DNA of 64,000 nucleotides from an uncultured Poribacteria bacterium (lineage in GTDB: Bacteria; Poribacteria; WGA-4E; WGA-3G), in the NCBI GenBank assembly GCA_958296135.2, contig CATQHZ020000001.1:2880001-2944000 (forward strand), written 5' to 3'. The notes under the pieces are model-generated. The model was given only the letters and a program-made list of their open reading frames with translations. It had not been told where the DNA came from and searched no databases. The stretch's first letter is position 1; every line of letters begins with the position of its first letter. Shown here piece after piece: positions 27,504-37,520 of the stretch. A program made the translations under genes and the position numbers.

Positions 27504-27977
27504 TTAGATGTTTTCCATTGCTTTATAGAGATTGGCCATTTCAATGCCGGCGACGGCGGCTTCAAATCCTTTGTTTCCCGCTTTGATACCGGCGCGTTCA
27601 AGGGCCTGCTCTATCGTGTCAGTGGTAATCACGCCGTAGATGACAGGCGTGTCGGTTTGCATCGCGATGTTTGCGATGCCTTTGGCACTTTCGCTGGCGA
27701 CGTAATCGAAATGCGGTGTTGCGCCGCGGATGACTGCGCCGATGCAAATGACGGCATCGTATCGGCGGCTTTCGGCGAGGCGTTTGGCGGCCCCGGGAAT
27801 TTCAAAGGCACCGGGTGTCCAACACACGTCGACAGCGTCAAGGTTTACGCCGTGGCGTTTCAGTGCATCGAGTGCGCCGGCGAGGAGTTTTTCGGTGACA
27901 AAGTTGTTGAATCGGCTCACGGCGATGCCCAATTTGAGGCCGTCGCCGTTGAGGTTTCCTTCGTAAACAGTGGGCAT
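27504..27977 (-). CDS. ribH: 6,7-dimethyl-8-ribityllumazine synthase
   Basis: [33 protein letters not shown]. Confidence 0.97.
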   Translation of the reverse strand: MPTVYEGNLNGDGLKLGIAVSRFNNFVTEKLLAGALDALKRHGVNLDAVDVCWTPGAFEIPGAAKRLAESRRYDAVICIGAVIRGATPHFDYVASESAKGIANIAMQTDTPVIYGVITTDTIEQALERAGIKAGNKGFEAAVAGIEMANLYKAMENI

Positions 27978-28076
27978 AGTTATGTGATGCTCCTGAGGCT
28001 GAGGGTTAGCAATTTTTGAGCCCGTGATTGCGGTTCGGACTGAAGCAACAAGACGGCTAAATAGTCTCGCGCTTAT

Positions 28077-28676
28077 CTATTTCTCATCCCGACCGGCTTT
28101 GCGTAAAGCCGAGGCGAGCTCTTCAAGTTGACGCGCAACCTCTCCGATATCAACGGCTATCCCTTGGAGGATAAGACGATAACAGAGGTCTTCCCAATTT
28201 TGGTACTGCTTCCACGCGAATTTACAGATTGAGAGCCGAATGTCAAAGCCAAGGGGAAGTAATAACGGCTGGATTCTATCAAAACGGACACCCGCTGAAA
28301 CGCTCAGAGCGTCTCGGATTGACTTCTCCTGATTCAGGACGAGATTGACAATATTTTGACATTCTTTTCCTGTCAGATCTTCCTCCTCTATAATCGCGAG
28401 GGCCAAAACCCACTGATCTTCTTCGCTTGTGAGTCTGGAGATTTGATAGCCTTGCTCCACGCCAATTTGCCCCTCATCAATTTTCCACCGAATGCCTTCC
28501 GGAAGTTGAAAAAGGCGATGCCGCGTATTCCAGAACTTGGCTGACATCCCGAATTGCTGTGCGATGGTTACGTAGGAACCATAATCCCGGTATAAGACAT
28601 CTACAGCTTCCCCAATTTCAGAGTGCATTTTCCCTTCCGGGGCAGAGAGATGTTTTCGTGCAGATGCAGCATTCAT
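28077..28676 (-). CDS. ParB/Spo0J-like HTH protein lacking the N-terminal CTPase domain
   Basis: IAQQFGMS..RLFQLPEGIRWKIDEGQI..QISRL..EEDQWVLA aligns by eye with the Spo0J central domain; AGGAGG upstream; 2 nt after the upstream stop. Confidence 0.6.
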   Translation of the reverse strand: MNAASARKHLSAPEGKMHSEIGEAVDVLYRDYGSYVTIAQQFGMSAKFWNTRHRLFQLPEGIRWKIDEGQIGVEQGYQISRLTSEEDQWVLALAIIEEEDLTGKECQNIVNLVLNQEKSIRDALSVSAGVRFDRIQPLLLPLGFDIRLSICKFAWKQYQNWEDLCYRLILQGIAVDIGEVARQLEELASALRKAGRDEK

Positions 28677-28678
28677 TG

Positions 28679-29536
28679 CTACCTTGATTCCCTCCTGAGT
28701 GTTTCTGCCACCATGTGACCGATTATGGCCTGTTCGTCGTCTAGGCCTCTCTCTTCGCCCCATTGTAACAAGTCGTCATACAGTTCGGCAGGAATTGCGT
28801 ACTGGACAACGCGTCTGGAGTCTCCCCTCCTGCGCGTTACATTGGCATTCAGGGCGGCGATAGAGACACTATGCCCTAGTTGTTCTAGTGCCTTAACAGC
28901 ATGTTTCCGCGTGTCTCTATCAAGTCCAAGAATCCAGGATGCTCGCTCCCTCATGGAGTCTTGTGACTGGCTGACACGCGCTCCATCGTAAGTATTTCTC
29001 ACAATTTTGGCTGCAGTCTGTGAGGGAAGGATGCCTTTATCTACCATTTGCTTAAGGTCATCGGGCAATGCGGATAGGGCATAATACCTCATAACGGTTG
29101 GGACTGTGACACCAAGGTAGGCCGCGGCAAGTTCAAGTGCTTCCTGCGCCGTATACCCATCGCCGTTGTACCGCTTGTAAATCCGCTCTACCCAGTACGC
29201 CCGGTCGCTATAGGTCAAATCCCCGCGCACCTCGTTTTCAAGCCATGAACGTTGAATGGCTTGATCGTCGTTGAGGTCAATGACGAACGCGGGAATTTCT
29301 TCCAAGCCGAGCGATAAACACGCCTTTAACCTGCATTGCCCGGTGACATTCTGATAGTCGTACCGGGAATCGGAATCGGGGTGGGGCCGAACGATAATCG
29401 GTTGATCTGGCCAATAACCGTGTTGCCGGATAGAGGCTTTGACTTTCTCAACGTTCTCTTCCACACCTTGCCGACGCACGTTGATAGTGCTATTCGGATC
29501 AATGCGGCGGAGATCAAGTGTTTGGACTGTATTCAA
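28679..29536 (-). CDS. ParB N-terminal (ParB/Srx fold) domain protein with HTH and RHH-like C-terminus
   Basis: SIRQHG..QPIIVRP, VTGQCRLKA, SWLENEVRGDL; TTG start with AGGAGA RBS (ATG 29608 alternative). Confidence 0.75.
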   Translation of the reverse strand: MNTVQTLDLRRIDPNSTINVRRQGVEENVEKVKASIRQHGYWPDQPIIVRPHPDSDSRYDYQNVTGQCRLKACLSLGLEEIPAFVIDLNDDQAIQRSWLENEVRGDLTYSDRAYWVERIYKRYNGDGYTAQEALELAAAYLGVTVPTVMRYYALSALPDDLKQMVDKGILPSQTAAKIVRNTYDGARVSQSQDSMRERASWILGLDRDTRKHAVKALEQLGHSVSIAALNANVTRRRGDSRRVVQYAIPAELYDDLLQWGEERGLDDEQAIIGHMVAETLRRESR

Positions 29537-29841
29537 TTTTGTTCTCCTATTATGAGCGTAAGTAAGATGCTGCACCGTTTGCCTATGCGTCTGCAGGGAA
29601 TTCTCCATCGCGGAGATGTTTATCAAAGCGTTGAGGCGACATAGGCATATATTCGCATTTTTCAGTTTATTCGTCAAGAAAAATTTTCTGAACCCAGAGA
29701 CATTGGGTTTTTGATTCCCACATCGAGAATCCTCTACTATAGAACCTACATCCCGATCATCGTCGTAGAGCGAGATTGGCGGGTGCTGCTGCGTTTGAGA
29801 TTAGGCGATCTCAAACTACAGAAACAGAAGTTCATTGGGTA

Positions 29842-31068
29842 TTACTCCTCGTGTAAGAGGAGGTGCCCCAATTTCGTGCGCTTCGCCTGGAGATAGGCGC
29901 GGTTAAAGGGATTCGGGCTCGTCTGCAAGGGGACGCGCTCCACAATTTCTAACCCGTAGCCGCTCAACCCCTTTACTTTTTGTGGGTTGTTTGTTAACAA
30001 GCGCATTTTTTTCACGCCGAGTGCTGCAAGGATTTGCGCGCCGATGCCGTAATCGCGAAGATCTGGTGGGAAACCGAGGCGTTCGTTCGCCTCGACGGTA
30101 TCCAACCCTTCGTTATCTTGTAATTGATAGGCGCGGAGTTTCTCCTTGAGCCCCATGCCTCTTCCCTCTTGCCGCATATAGAGGAGGATGCCTCTGCCTT
30201 CTTTCCCAATCATCTCTAATGCCAGTTGGAGTTGTTCGCCGCAGTCGCATCGGAGTGAGCCGAACACGTCGCCGGTAAGGCATTGCGAATGCACGCGTAC
30301 TAACACTGGCGCGGCATCGGCAACGTCCCCTTTCGTCAGTGCGATGTGCGTCCTGGGCATATCCGTGCTACCTTCGGCGATGTCACTACTTTCGTAAGCG
30401 TGGAGTTTGAAGTGTCCGTGCGCCGTGGGGATGTCTGCCGTCGCGATGCGCTTGACAAGCGTCTCCGTGCGCAGCCGATACGCAATCAGATCGGCGATAG
30501 TGATAATTTTCAGTTGATGCTTTTCGGCGAACTGCATGAGTTCTGGGACGCGTGCCATGGAGCCGTCATCATTCAGCACTTCGCAGAGTACCCCTGCGGG
30601 ATAGAGCCCGGCGAGTTGGGCCAGATCGACGGTGGCTTCGGTATGTCCGGCGCGTCGGAGAACGCCGCCCGGTTTCGCCTCCAATGGGAAGATGTGTCCG
30701 GGCCGCACAAAATCGGAGGGGACAGCCGTTTTCTCGACGAATTTTCGGATGGTATAGGCGCGCTCCTGCGCGGAAATGCCGGTTGACACTTCCTTCGCGT
30801 CAATCGTCACCGTAAACGCCGTTTGCATCTGAGCGGTATTGTCCATCACCATTGGTTGGAGTTCCAACTCAGCGAGGCGTTCGGAACACGTTGGGAGGCA
30901 GATGAGCCCTCGGCCGTATGTCGCCATGAAGTTGATGGATTCGGCGGAGACTTTTTCGGCGGCCATCACCAGGTCGCCTTCGTTCTCCCGGTCTGGTTCA
31001 TCAACGACGATAATGATTTCGCCATTCTCGATGGCAACTATGGCTTCTGGAATTGTGCTAAATGTCAT
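29842..31068 (-). CDS. ribBA: Bifunctional DHBP synthase / GTP cyclohydrolase II
   Basis: [49 protein letters not shown]. Confidence 0.97.
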   Translation of the reverse strand: MTFSTIPEAIVAIENGEIIIVVDEPDRENEGDLVMAAEKVSAESINFMATYGRGLICLPTCSERLAELELQPMVMDNTAQMQTAFTVTIDAKEVSTGISAQERAYTIRKFVEKTAVPSDFVRPGHIFPLEAKPGGVLRRAGHTEATVDLAQLAGLYPAGVLCEVLNDDGSMARVPELMQFAEKHQLKIITIADLIAYRLRTETLVKRIATADIPTAHGHFKLHAYESSDIAEGSTDMPRTHIALTKGDVADAAPVLVRVHSQCLTGDVFGSLRCDCGEQLQLALEMIGKEGRGILLYMRQEGRGMGLKEKLRAYQLQDNEGLDTVEANERLGFPPDLRDYGIGAQILAALGVKKMRLLTNNPQKVKGLSGYGLEIVERVPLQTSPNPFNRAYLQAKRTKLGHLLLHEE

Positions 31069-31255
31069 TTTTTGTTATTCGCAATGCGTGCTGTTTTGCT
31101 GATGCGTTTGACTTGCCAGGGCGCGTCGACATTGTCGATGCTTGCATTTCTGCGCGTCTCATCGCGTTTGATGAGAGCGGTTTCTGATGAATTCCACAGC
31201 CGGGTGTGGATTGCTGGACGTTTCTCTGCGCGCTTGCACCGCTCTGTGGGACCTA

Positions 31256-31670
31256 TGCGTTTCTGCCTTAATCTGACACAATCTACCAGAGGCATCAGCT
31301 GCCGCACTTCCTGCTTCTGCGCTCACAGCCTCCGAGTCACACCGAGGTGTGCCTACAGCGAGGTCTTACACGAACTCCACAGGCGTTTTACGCGTCACCA
31401 GAGCTGTGTGCCGCGTGTCGTAACTTTGGTTTCGTTGTCGTCTCAGGTATTGCAGCGAGTCATTGGTCTCGCATCGGTCTTACCGTCACCTCCACCGTCA
31501 GTGGTGCCGCCGCACCGCCAACTTTTAGTCCGCTTTTCACGGGGGGTAGGATTGCCTAACGTGCCTCTTGATACCGTGCAGGAGGAACGCTCATCACGCT
31601 CCGTCACCATCCTCTCTAACCTGTGAGATAAGACGACATTACGTCAGATTCTGTTAGATTTTTCGCCACT
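31256..31670 (-). mobile_element. Putative non-autonomous IS607/IS605-derived element with TnpB omegaRNA-like 3' region
   Basis: Minus strand: AAACGCCTGTGGAG, TGTAAGACC, GAAGCAGGAA in the usual order; 10-bp-period AATCT(A/G)AC repeats in inverted orientation at both ends; no transposase or TnpB ORF. Confidence 0.6.
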
Positions 31671-31684
31671 GCACCGAGCCCTTT

Positions 31685-32332
31685 TTAATGAAATCCATGC
31701 CGTGCTAAGAATGCCATGTCAATAGCGGCGGTCTCAGTGGCCGTGTGTTTTAAGAGCAGTGTCTCAACATAACGGGCAAGGAGATCTACCTCAATATTGA
31801 CATGTGCACCGTTCCGTTTTGTTCCGAGTGTCGTCACGTGCTTTGTATGCGGAATCAGTGCGACTTCAACCGCATCGGCGGCGACGTTAGAGATGGTTAA
31901 GCTGACACCGTCTATAGCGATGGAGCCTTTGTATGCAACGTAGCGTATCGCCTTTTCGGAGAGGCTTACCTGCATGCAGGAGGAGGTGCCTTCATCCTTC
32001 CATCCGCTAATAGTGGCTACTTCGTCGACGTGTCCAAGGACGAGGTGGCCGCCCAGCCGGTCTTTCAAACGGAGTGCGCGTTCTAAGTTAACCTGTTCGC
32101 CAGTTTTCCGTTCTGCCAATGTGGTGCGTCGCAAGGTTTCCGCGGAGACATCGGCGAGGAAGGTTGCTGACGTGCATGCACTCACGGTGAGGCAGGCTCC
32201 ATCAACGGCGATGCTGTCGCCTACCTTTGCATCGGTGAGCACGGTGTGTGCCTGAATTTCAAGCGTCGCGCCTTGCGAGTCGCGCTGAAGGCTCACGACG
32301 GTTCCCAGTTCCTCAACGATTCCGGTAAACAT
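31685..32332 (-). CDS. ribE: Riboflavin synthase (alpha chain; ribC in E. coli nomenclature)
   Basis: MFTGIVEE, GDSIAVDGACLT, NLERAL..GGHLVLGHVD, KGSIAIDGVSLT. Confidence 0.97.
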   Translation of the reverse strand: MFTGIVEELGTVVSLQRDSQGATLEIQAHTVLTDAKVGDSIAVDGACLTVSACTSATFLADVSAETLRRTTLAERKTGEQVNLERALRLKDRLGGHLVLGHVDEVATISGWKDEGTSSCMQVSLSEKAIRYVAYKGSIAIDGVSLTISNVAADAVEVALIPHTKHVTTLGTKRNGAHVNIEVDLLARYVETLLLKHTATETAAIDMAFLARHGFH

Positions 32333-32363
32333 TTTCTGTTGTTCCTAGCGGTTGTAAATTGCC

Positions 32364-32392
32364 GGTAGGCGCGGTTTGAAACCGCGCCTACG
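32364..32392. repeat. Palindromic REP doublet GTAGGCGCGGTTTGAAACCGCGCCTAC (relatives near 5232, 13895, 48360)
   Basis: Palindrome with GTAG/CTAC ends between ribD and ribE. Confidence 0.75.
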
Positions 32393-32429
32393 GGGTGTCT
32401 CTTGCGAGTTGAACGAACCCTTGGCGGCC

Positions 32430-33536
32430 CTACAGATAGCCTTGTATGAGGATGTCGCCGTCGCCGCCTTGCACGGGCATCACTGTCACCTTCTCCAACT
32501 TTGGTGCGTCTGCCAAAGCGAGAATTCCTTGGCCTCCAAGCGGTCCCGGGGCATCTGCGCCGCCAATAAGTTTCGGTGCGACAAAACAGATGACTTTATG
32601 GACAACGCCGGTGGCGATAGCGGTGGCGTTGACTTCCGCGCCCCCTTCTATCAAGACGTTCGTTATTTCGCGCGCGCCTAACGTTTCCATGAGCGCGCTG
32701 AAACCGACGCGTCCGTGCTTTGCTGGTACAACGATGACATCGGCCCCCGCCTTTTTCAGCGAGGCGATGTTGTGTGCCGGTGCCTGAGGTGTCACGGCGA
32801 TGATGAGTCCTGCGGTGCTCTCGGCGTTGAAGACGTTTGCATCCGTTGGTGTGCGTCCGCGTGAATCCAGCACGATGCGCGTCGCATCTTTGCCCGGCCG
32901 ATGTGCGAGCCGCGTCGTTAACGCCGGATTGTCGCGGCGGACGGTGCCGCTTCCGACGAGGATTGCGTCCACTTCATCTCGAATCTCATGGACTTTTTGT
33001 CGCGAGGCCTCGGAGGTTATCCATTGCGATTCTCCGGTGGCAGTAGCGATTTTTCCATCAAGGCTCATCGCTGTCTTGAGAATGACAAAGGGCTGCCCCG
33101 TTTGCACATATTTTCGGTGCACCTCATTAAGTTGTGCTGCTTCTTCGGTACATATCCCGATGTTCACGGAGATGCCGGCTGCTTCCAACTGCCGAATGCC
33201 TTTGCCCGCGACTTTGGGGTTGGCATCCACTTCCGCGATGTAAACCTGCGCGATGCCTGCCTGAATGAGTGCATCGGTGCAGGGCGGCGTGCGTCCCCAA
33301 TGGCAACACGGTTCGAGGTTGACGTAGAGGGTGCCGTCTTTGGCGGCCGTTCCAGCTGCCTGCAGCGCGTGGATTTCGGCATGCGGCCCGCCTGCTTTCT
33401 GATGATACCCTTCGCCGACGATGTTCCCCGCTTTCACGATAACTGCGCCGACGAGGGGGTTCGGGCTCGTATGGCCCTTGCCCATTCTGGCTAATGTTAG
33501 CGCGCGCCGCATCAATGTTATGTGTGTCTCATCCAT
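32430..33536 (-). CDS. ribD: Bifunctional deaminase/reductase of riboflavin synthesis
   Basis: PNPLVGAV, HAE, LEPCCHWGRTPPC, SLDGKIA, IEGG. Confidence 0.97.
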   Translation of the reverse strand: MDETHITLMRRALTLARMGKGHTSPNPLVGAVIVKAGNIVGEGYHQKAGGPHAEIHALQAAGTAAKDGTLYVNLEPCCHWGRTPPCTDALIQAGIAQVYIAEVDANPKVAGKGIRQLEAAGISVNIGICTEEAAQLNEVHRKYVQTGQPFVILKTAMSLDGKIATATGESQWITSEASRQKVHEIRDEVDAILVGSGTVRRDNPALTTRLAHRPGKDATRIVLDSRGRTPTDANVFNAESTAGLIIAVTPQAPAHNIASLKKAGADVIVVPAKHGRVGFSALMETLGAREITNVLIEGGAEVNATAIATGVVHKVICFVAPKLIGGADAPGPLGGQGILALADAPKLEKVTVMPVQGGDGDILIQGYL

Positions 33537-33718
33537 CGTGGTTTGTCACTTATTATTGCTATATTTGGCGAGGGGAACCCTCGGCGATTCGCGCTCGCCG
33601 GGCCCGCGCCCTACGGCATAGAGAGACTGTTTTAAAATAGTATACCATATTTTAATTAAAAATGAAAATGTTTTTTTCTCAGGGATAGGGCCATTTCGTT
33701 TTCGACGGACACGGCATC

Positions 33719-34342
33719 CTAGTCTTTTAAGTTGTCTTCCCCCGCGCAGGCTTTGAGTCCCTCTATGAATACCTGAAAACTTCGCGAACGATTGCGGCTC
33801 GGCTCCATGTGCAGCGCAATGTTTTGTGCCACCTTTATCTTGCGTAACCACTTCGGGTAGTATCTTTTCAGCAGGCGTTCAAGGGCTTCACAGGTGCCGC
33901 CGGTGATTGCATCAGGATCCCGATATTTCGCCCGGTTTTGGAAAGTTTTTGAGACGTTAGGATAGGCTATCCTCAGTGCCTCAATGTCTCCAAAAAACCA
34001 TGCCTCTAACTCCTCGACCGCCAACCGATTGACGACGCGAAACTCGCCTTGGGAATTCGGATGGGATTTCGTCAAAAACCCTGCCTCGCGAGCAGCCTGT
34101 TCTAACCGCGCCTTCAGTACCCGGCAATCTTGCCTGTCTTCATCAATAAGCACAAATATTCGCCAGTCGGCAGGCAGCCATCGGCGGTAGCCCTTCAATC
34201 GCGACGGCAGTTTTTTTAACAGGTCTTGTTTGCCTTCAAAGACATGGAAGTGGAAACTGACATTGTCGGCAAGAATCTTTGGCAAGATAGCCTGCAGTGC
34301 CGCTTCGGCAGAGGGTTCTTCCAATAAGAATTCAATGTGCAT
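33719..34342 (-). CDS. DUF4276 family TOPRIM-like protein
   Basis: [39 protein letters not shown]; overlaps the ATPase end. Confidence 0.8.
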   Translation of the reverse strand: MHIEFLLEEPSAEAALQAILPKILADNVSFHFHVFEGKQDLLKKLPSRLKGYRRWLPADWRIFVLIDEDRQDCRVLKARLEQAAREAGFLTKSHPNSQGEFRVVNRLAVEELEAWFFGDIEALRIAYPNVSKTFQNRAKYRDPDAITGGTCEALERLLKRYYPKWLRKIKVAQNIALHMEPSRNRSRSFQVFIEGLKACAGEDNLKD

Positions 34343-35555
34343 GCGTGCCTCCCTTGGGGCCGCCTGCATTTGTCAGCGGGTCGCCGATATCAAAGTAATT
34401 TTCCATCCAGAGCTGCCCCAACTTCGCACCGGTTTCCAGAAAATCCTTGATACCTAGCATATCCGCTGTCCGTTTGCAATTTGTAAACCCTTGTTTATCA
34501 CGATAAAGCACCCAGACCTCTTCGGCGCGGAGGCCGTTGATGAAATGAGGCGAATGCGTGGTAATCATCAGTTGAGTGAACGCTGATGCCTCGCGGCACT
34601 CATCTGTCAAACCGGCCAACAAGCGGGGATGTAGGTAATTTTCGGGTTCCTCAATACCTATTAATTCCGGCGGTTCTGCATCGTGTAACAACGTCAAGTA
34701 GGACAGCATCTTCAAGGTGCCATCGGAGGCGAACTTGGCTAAGATGGGTTGCTCAAACGGCACATCCTTAATCTGTAACAGGAGGCGGCCATCCTGCATC
34801 AGTTCTGCATCCACCCGTTCTAAGCGTGGCACCCGATCCTTCAAGGTTGAAAGAATACGCTTCAGCTGCTGCGGGTGCTGTTCTTTCAGATACTGGATGA
34901 CGTTCGGCAGATTGTCTCCCGTTTCCGAGAGCCGTTCTTGCGGGCCCGCTTCGGGCACCCCGCGCGTGGCATCGGCAGACAAGTAGGAGAGATGCCAGCC
35001 GGTAATAAAGCGGCGCAAGGCACTCACGCGAGGGTGCCGCGCCAGTTGTCCAAGTGCGCTGACGGCCAGCATTGATGCATCGTCAAGTTGTTCATCAATT
35101 CGCGTATCCTTCATATCGGGTGCTTCACCAGCGATGACCCGGCCTTCGCCTTGACGAAAATCGAAGAAGCGAAACGGTTGCCCCTTGCTCCCGCGCCGCC
35201 ATCGTAGGGATTCAGTCTCAACATGCACCCCTTTCGGGTTTTCGTTAATTGCTAAGCGGTAGGTGATGATGGGTGTCTTCGGTTTCTCGCGATATTTCAA
35301 TTCAAATTCTATCGCGCCGTCACTCCCGCGGGTTCGGAGTTCCTTAAAACGTCCTCTTTTGTCCCACGCCCGGCGCAAACCCACCGTGAAGCATTCGGAG
35401 AGAAACGCGAATACATCAAATAGGGTTGATTTCCCGCTGCCGTTCGGCCCTAGGAAGGCTGACATCGGTGTTATTTTTCGTAATTCGACATCCCGCAGCG
35501 CGCGATAGTTCTTCACGCGTAAGGATTCAATACGGGGGACAGTCTGTTTCGCCAT
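34332..35555 (-). CDS. ABC-type AAA_21 ATPase
   Basis: [33 protein letters not shown]. Confidence 0.92.
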   Translation of the reverse strand: MAKQTVPRIESLRVKNYRALRDVELRKITPMSAFLGPNGSGKSTLFDVFAFLSECFTVGLRRAWDKRGRFKELRTRGSDGAIEFELKYREKPKTPIITYRLAINENPKGVHVETESLRWRRGSKGQPFRFFDFRQGEGRVIAGEAPDMKDTRIDEQLDDASMLAVSALGQLARHPRVSALRRFITGWHLSYLSADATRGVPEAGPQERLSETGDNLPNVIQYLKEQHPQQLKRILSTLKDRVPRLERVDAELMQDGRLLLQIKDVPFEQPILAKFASDGTLKMLSYLTLLHDAEPPELIGIEEPENYLHPRLLAGLTDECREASAFTQLMITTHSPHFINGLRAEEVWVLYRDKQGFTNCKRTADMLGIKDFLETGAKLGQLWMENYFDIGDPLTNAGGPKGGTHAH

Positions 35556-35590
35556 CTCAATTGCCTCTATATGAACAACATTTATCTGAT

Positions 35591-35619
35591 ATGATACCCT
35601 ATTTCAAGCGGCTTGTCAA
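35591..35619 (-). promoter_or_regulatory. sigma70-type promoter of the ATPase-DUF4276 operon
   Basis: TTGACA-17 nt-TATCAT. Confidence 0.7.
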
Positions 35620-35732
35620 TCTTTTTAATTGGTTTAGTTAGCGGCATGGTTCCGGCTGCAGTGCATGGCGAGGCACAGGACCGCGCCCTACGGTAGAAGT
35701 GATGGACGCATGGTTCCGACTGCGGGCTGTCC

Positions 35733-36227
35733 TTACAAAGTTTCGTCAATAGCGCGTAAGTGTTTCAGAATCTCCGTTTGCTTTGCCAAATCAAACTGAT
35801 GCGAGCCGATGTACATATACCGAATAATCCCGCGTTTGTCAATGATAAACGTCGCAGGCCGCGCGATGTTGTAAGCTTCAAGGCTGAGCCAGTGGTAGAC
35901 TCCGTAACTCTTGATGACGCGCCGCTCCTTGTCCACGAGCAAAGGGTAGGTGATGCCGTTGCGTTCCGCGTAGCCGCGCAATTCACGGGGCCACTGGCCC
36001 GCAATGGCGAGAGGGGTGGCATCGTGTTGCGCGTATGCCTCAACTTGTTCTTGCACTGCCGCCAACTGGCGACGGCTATTCGGACACCATGTCCCCCGAA
36101 AAAATGTCAGCACGACGCGCTGCTCGCCGCGATAGGATTCCAGCGACACGGCGCGTCGTTCATGTGAGGGGAGTGTCCATAAAGGGGCGGTATCGCCGAT
36201 GTTGAGAAGTCCGTTTTTGCGTGGCAT
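35733..36227 (-). CDS. AhpC/TSA peroxiredoxin-like redoxin
   Basis: IGDTAP, FFRGTWCPNS, PATFIIDKRGIIRY. Confidence 0.85.
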   Translation of the reverse strand: MPRKNGLLNIGDTAPLWTLPSHERRAVSLESYRGEQRVVLTFFRGTWCPNSRRQLAAVQEQVEAYAQHDATPLAIAGQWPRELRGYAERNGITYPLLVDKERRVIKSYGVYHWLSLEAYNIARPATFIIDKRGIIRYMYIGSHQFDLAKQTEILKHLRAIDETL

Positions 36228-36390
36228 AGCGAAAGTGTGAGAAAAATTAGGCAGGCAGCATACCGAAGTCGCGCTTGCATGAAGACTGAGAAAAGAAACG
36301 GGTTATTTTTCCTCGCAGGAGAAGACATCCGCCTTTACAGGCATCGCGCTTCCACGCTTGCCAAGGCGGTATTTTCGGTATGTGAACTTT

Positions 36391-37518
36391 TCAAGACATC
36401 AATTCCACAAATACCTCATTCGCCAAGAAAAGTCCGCGGTTTGTCAGGCGGAGATGCGTTTCGGTGCGTTCCAGCAACCCCAAGTCTATCCATTCTCCGT
36501 AGATTTCGCCAAGTTCAGTTTCGATTTCTTCTCCAAAACGTTCCTGATACGCCGCAAGCGAGATACCTTCGCGTTTCCGTAGCGCGAGCATGAGCGTCTC
36601 CGCCTTTTCAGCCTGCTCGGTGAGGCGTTCAGCATGGGTGACCGGTTTTATGCCTCGCTGAAGGATGTCAATGTAATCGGCGATGCCGCGAGTATTGGCG
36701 TAGCGGGTTCCGTCAATGTAGCCGCACGCGCCTGTACCTAACCCGATGCACGCCTGATTGTTCCAATAGACGAGGTTATGTTTCGCCGTTCGATTGGGAC
36801 GCGCGAAGTTGCAGATTTCATAGTGTTCGTACCCGCGTGCCGTTAACGTCTCAATCGCATAGTGGAACATGTCCGCTTCTGTATCCTCGGAGGGAAGGGG
36901 CAGTTCACCTGCCTTCCACCACTCATAAAACGGCGTTGCCTCCTCCATGACGAGATTATAGACGGAAATGTGCGCCGGGGCAAGCGAAATGACTTTGGTT
37001 AAGGTATCCTGCCACTCGGCCATCGTTTGCTTGGGGAGCGCGAAGAGCAAGTCAATGTTGATGTTATCAAATCCACAGTCGCGGGCGAGCTGGTAACTGT
37101 GCAGAAAATCGGCGACGGTGTGGCTGCGGCCGAGCTGCTTCAGCGTCTCATTCTGCATCGCCTGCAGCCCGAAACTGAGCCGATTGATGCCGGCATGCCG
37201 CATAACGTTCAGTTTTTCTGCGTCAACGGTGCCCGGATTGCATTCCACTGTGATTTCGGCATCGGCGCGAATTTGGAAATGCGCGTTTAAATCGGCGAAC
37301 ACCTGCGTCAATGCCGCGGCCGACAGCATAGAAGGGGTGCCACCGCCGATAAAAATGGTGCTTAACGGCGTAGTTCTCGGCGCGTAAAGTGCCATCTCTT
37401 CGCGCAGTGCTACGAGGTAGTCCTTCGCCTGCTCTTTGTGGAAAGGATAGGTATTGAAGGCGCAATAGTAGCACTTCGTTGCGCAAAACGGAATGTGGAG
37501 GTAGATGGAAGAAGCCAT
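36391..37518 (-). CDS. hemW: Radical SAM heme chaperone (HemN-like)
   Basis: YLHIPFCATKCYYCAF, GGGTPS, YEICNFA, HNLVYW. Confidence 0.93.
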   Translation of the reverse strand: MASSIYLHIPFCATKCYYCAFNTYPFHKEQAKDYLVALREEMALYAPRTTPLSTIFIGGGTPSMLSAAALTQVFADLNAHFQIRADAEITVECNPGTVDAEKLNVMRHAGINRLSFGLQAMQNETLKQLGRSHTVADFLHSYQLARDCGFDNINIDLLFALPKQTMAEWQDTLTKVISLAPAHISVYNLVMEEATPFYEWWKAGELPLPSEDTEADMFHYAIETLTARGYEHYEICNFARPNRTAKHNLVYWNNQACIGLGTGACGYIDGTRYANTRGIADYIDILQRGIKPVTHAERLTEQAEKAETLMLALRKREGISLAAYQERFGEEIETELGEIYGEWIDLGLLERTETHLRLTNRGLFLANEVFVELMS

Positions 37519-37520
37519 GG

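Noticed and set aside
31435-31640. Canonical group I (IStron) or group II intron
   Set aside because: Could not identify P/Q/R/S core motifs or a group II domain V by eye; left as unknown structured RNA pending a covariance search
31069-31684. FMN riboswitch in the rib operon
   Set aside because: No RFN core motifs (GGGCGGGGTGAAATTCCC.ACCGGCGGT, AGTCCGGATG.GAGA) found here or upstream of ribD
35733-36227. Selenoprotein recoding in the redoxin
   Set aside because: The motif reads WCPNS with an ordinary Cys codon and there is no in-frame TGA
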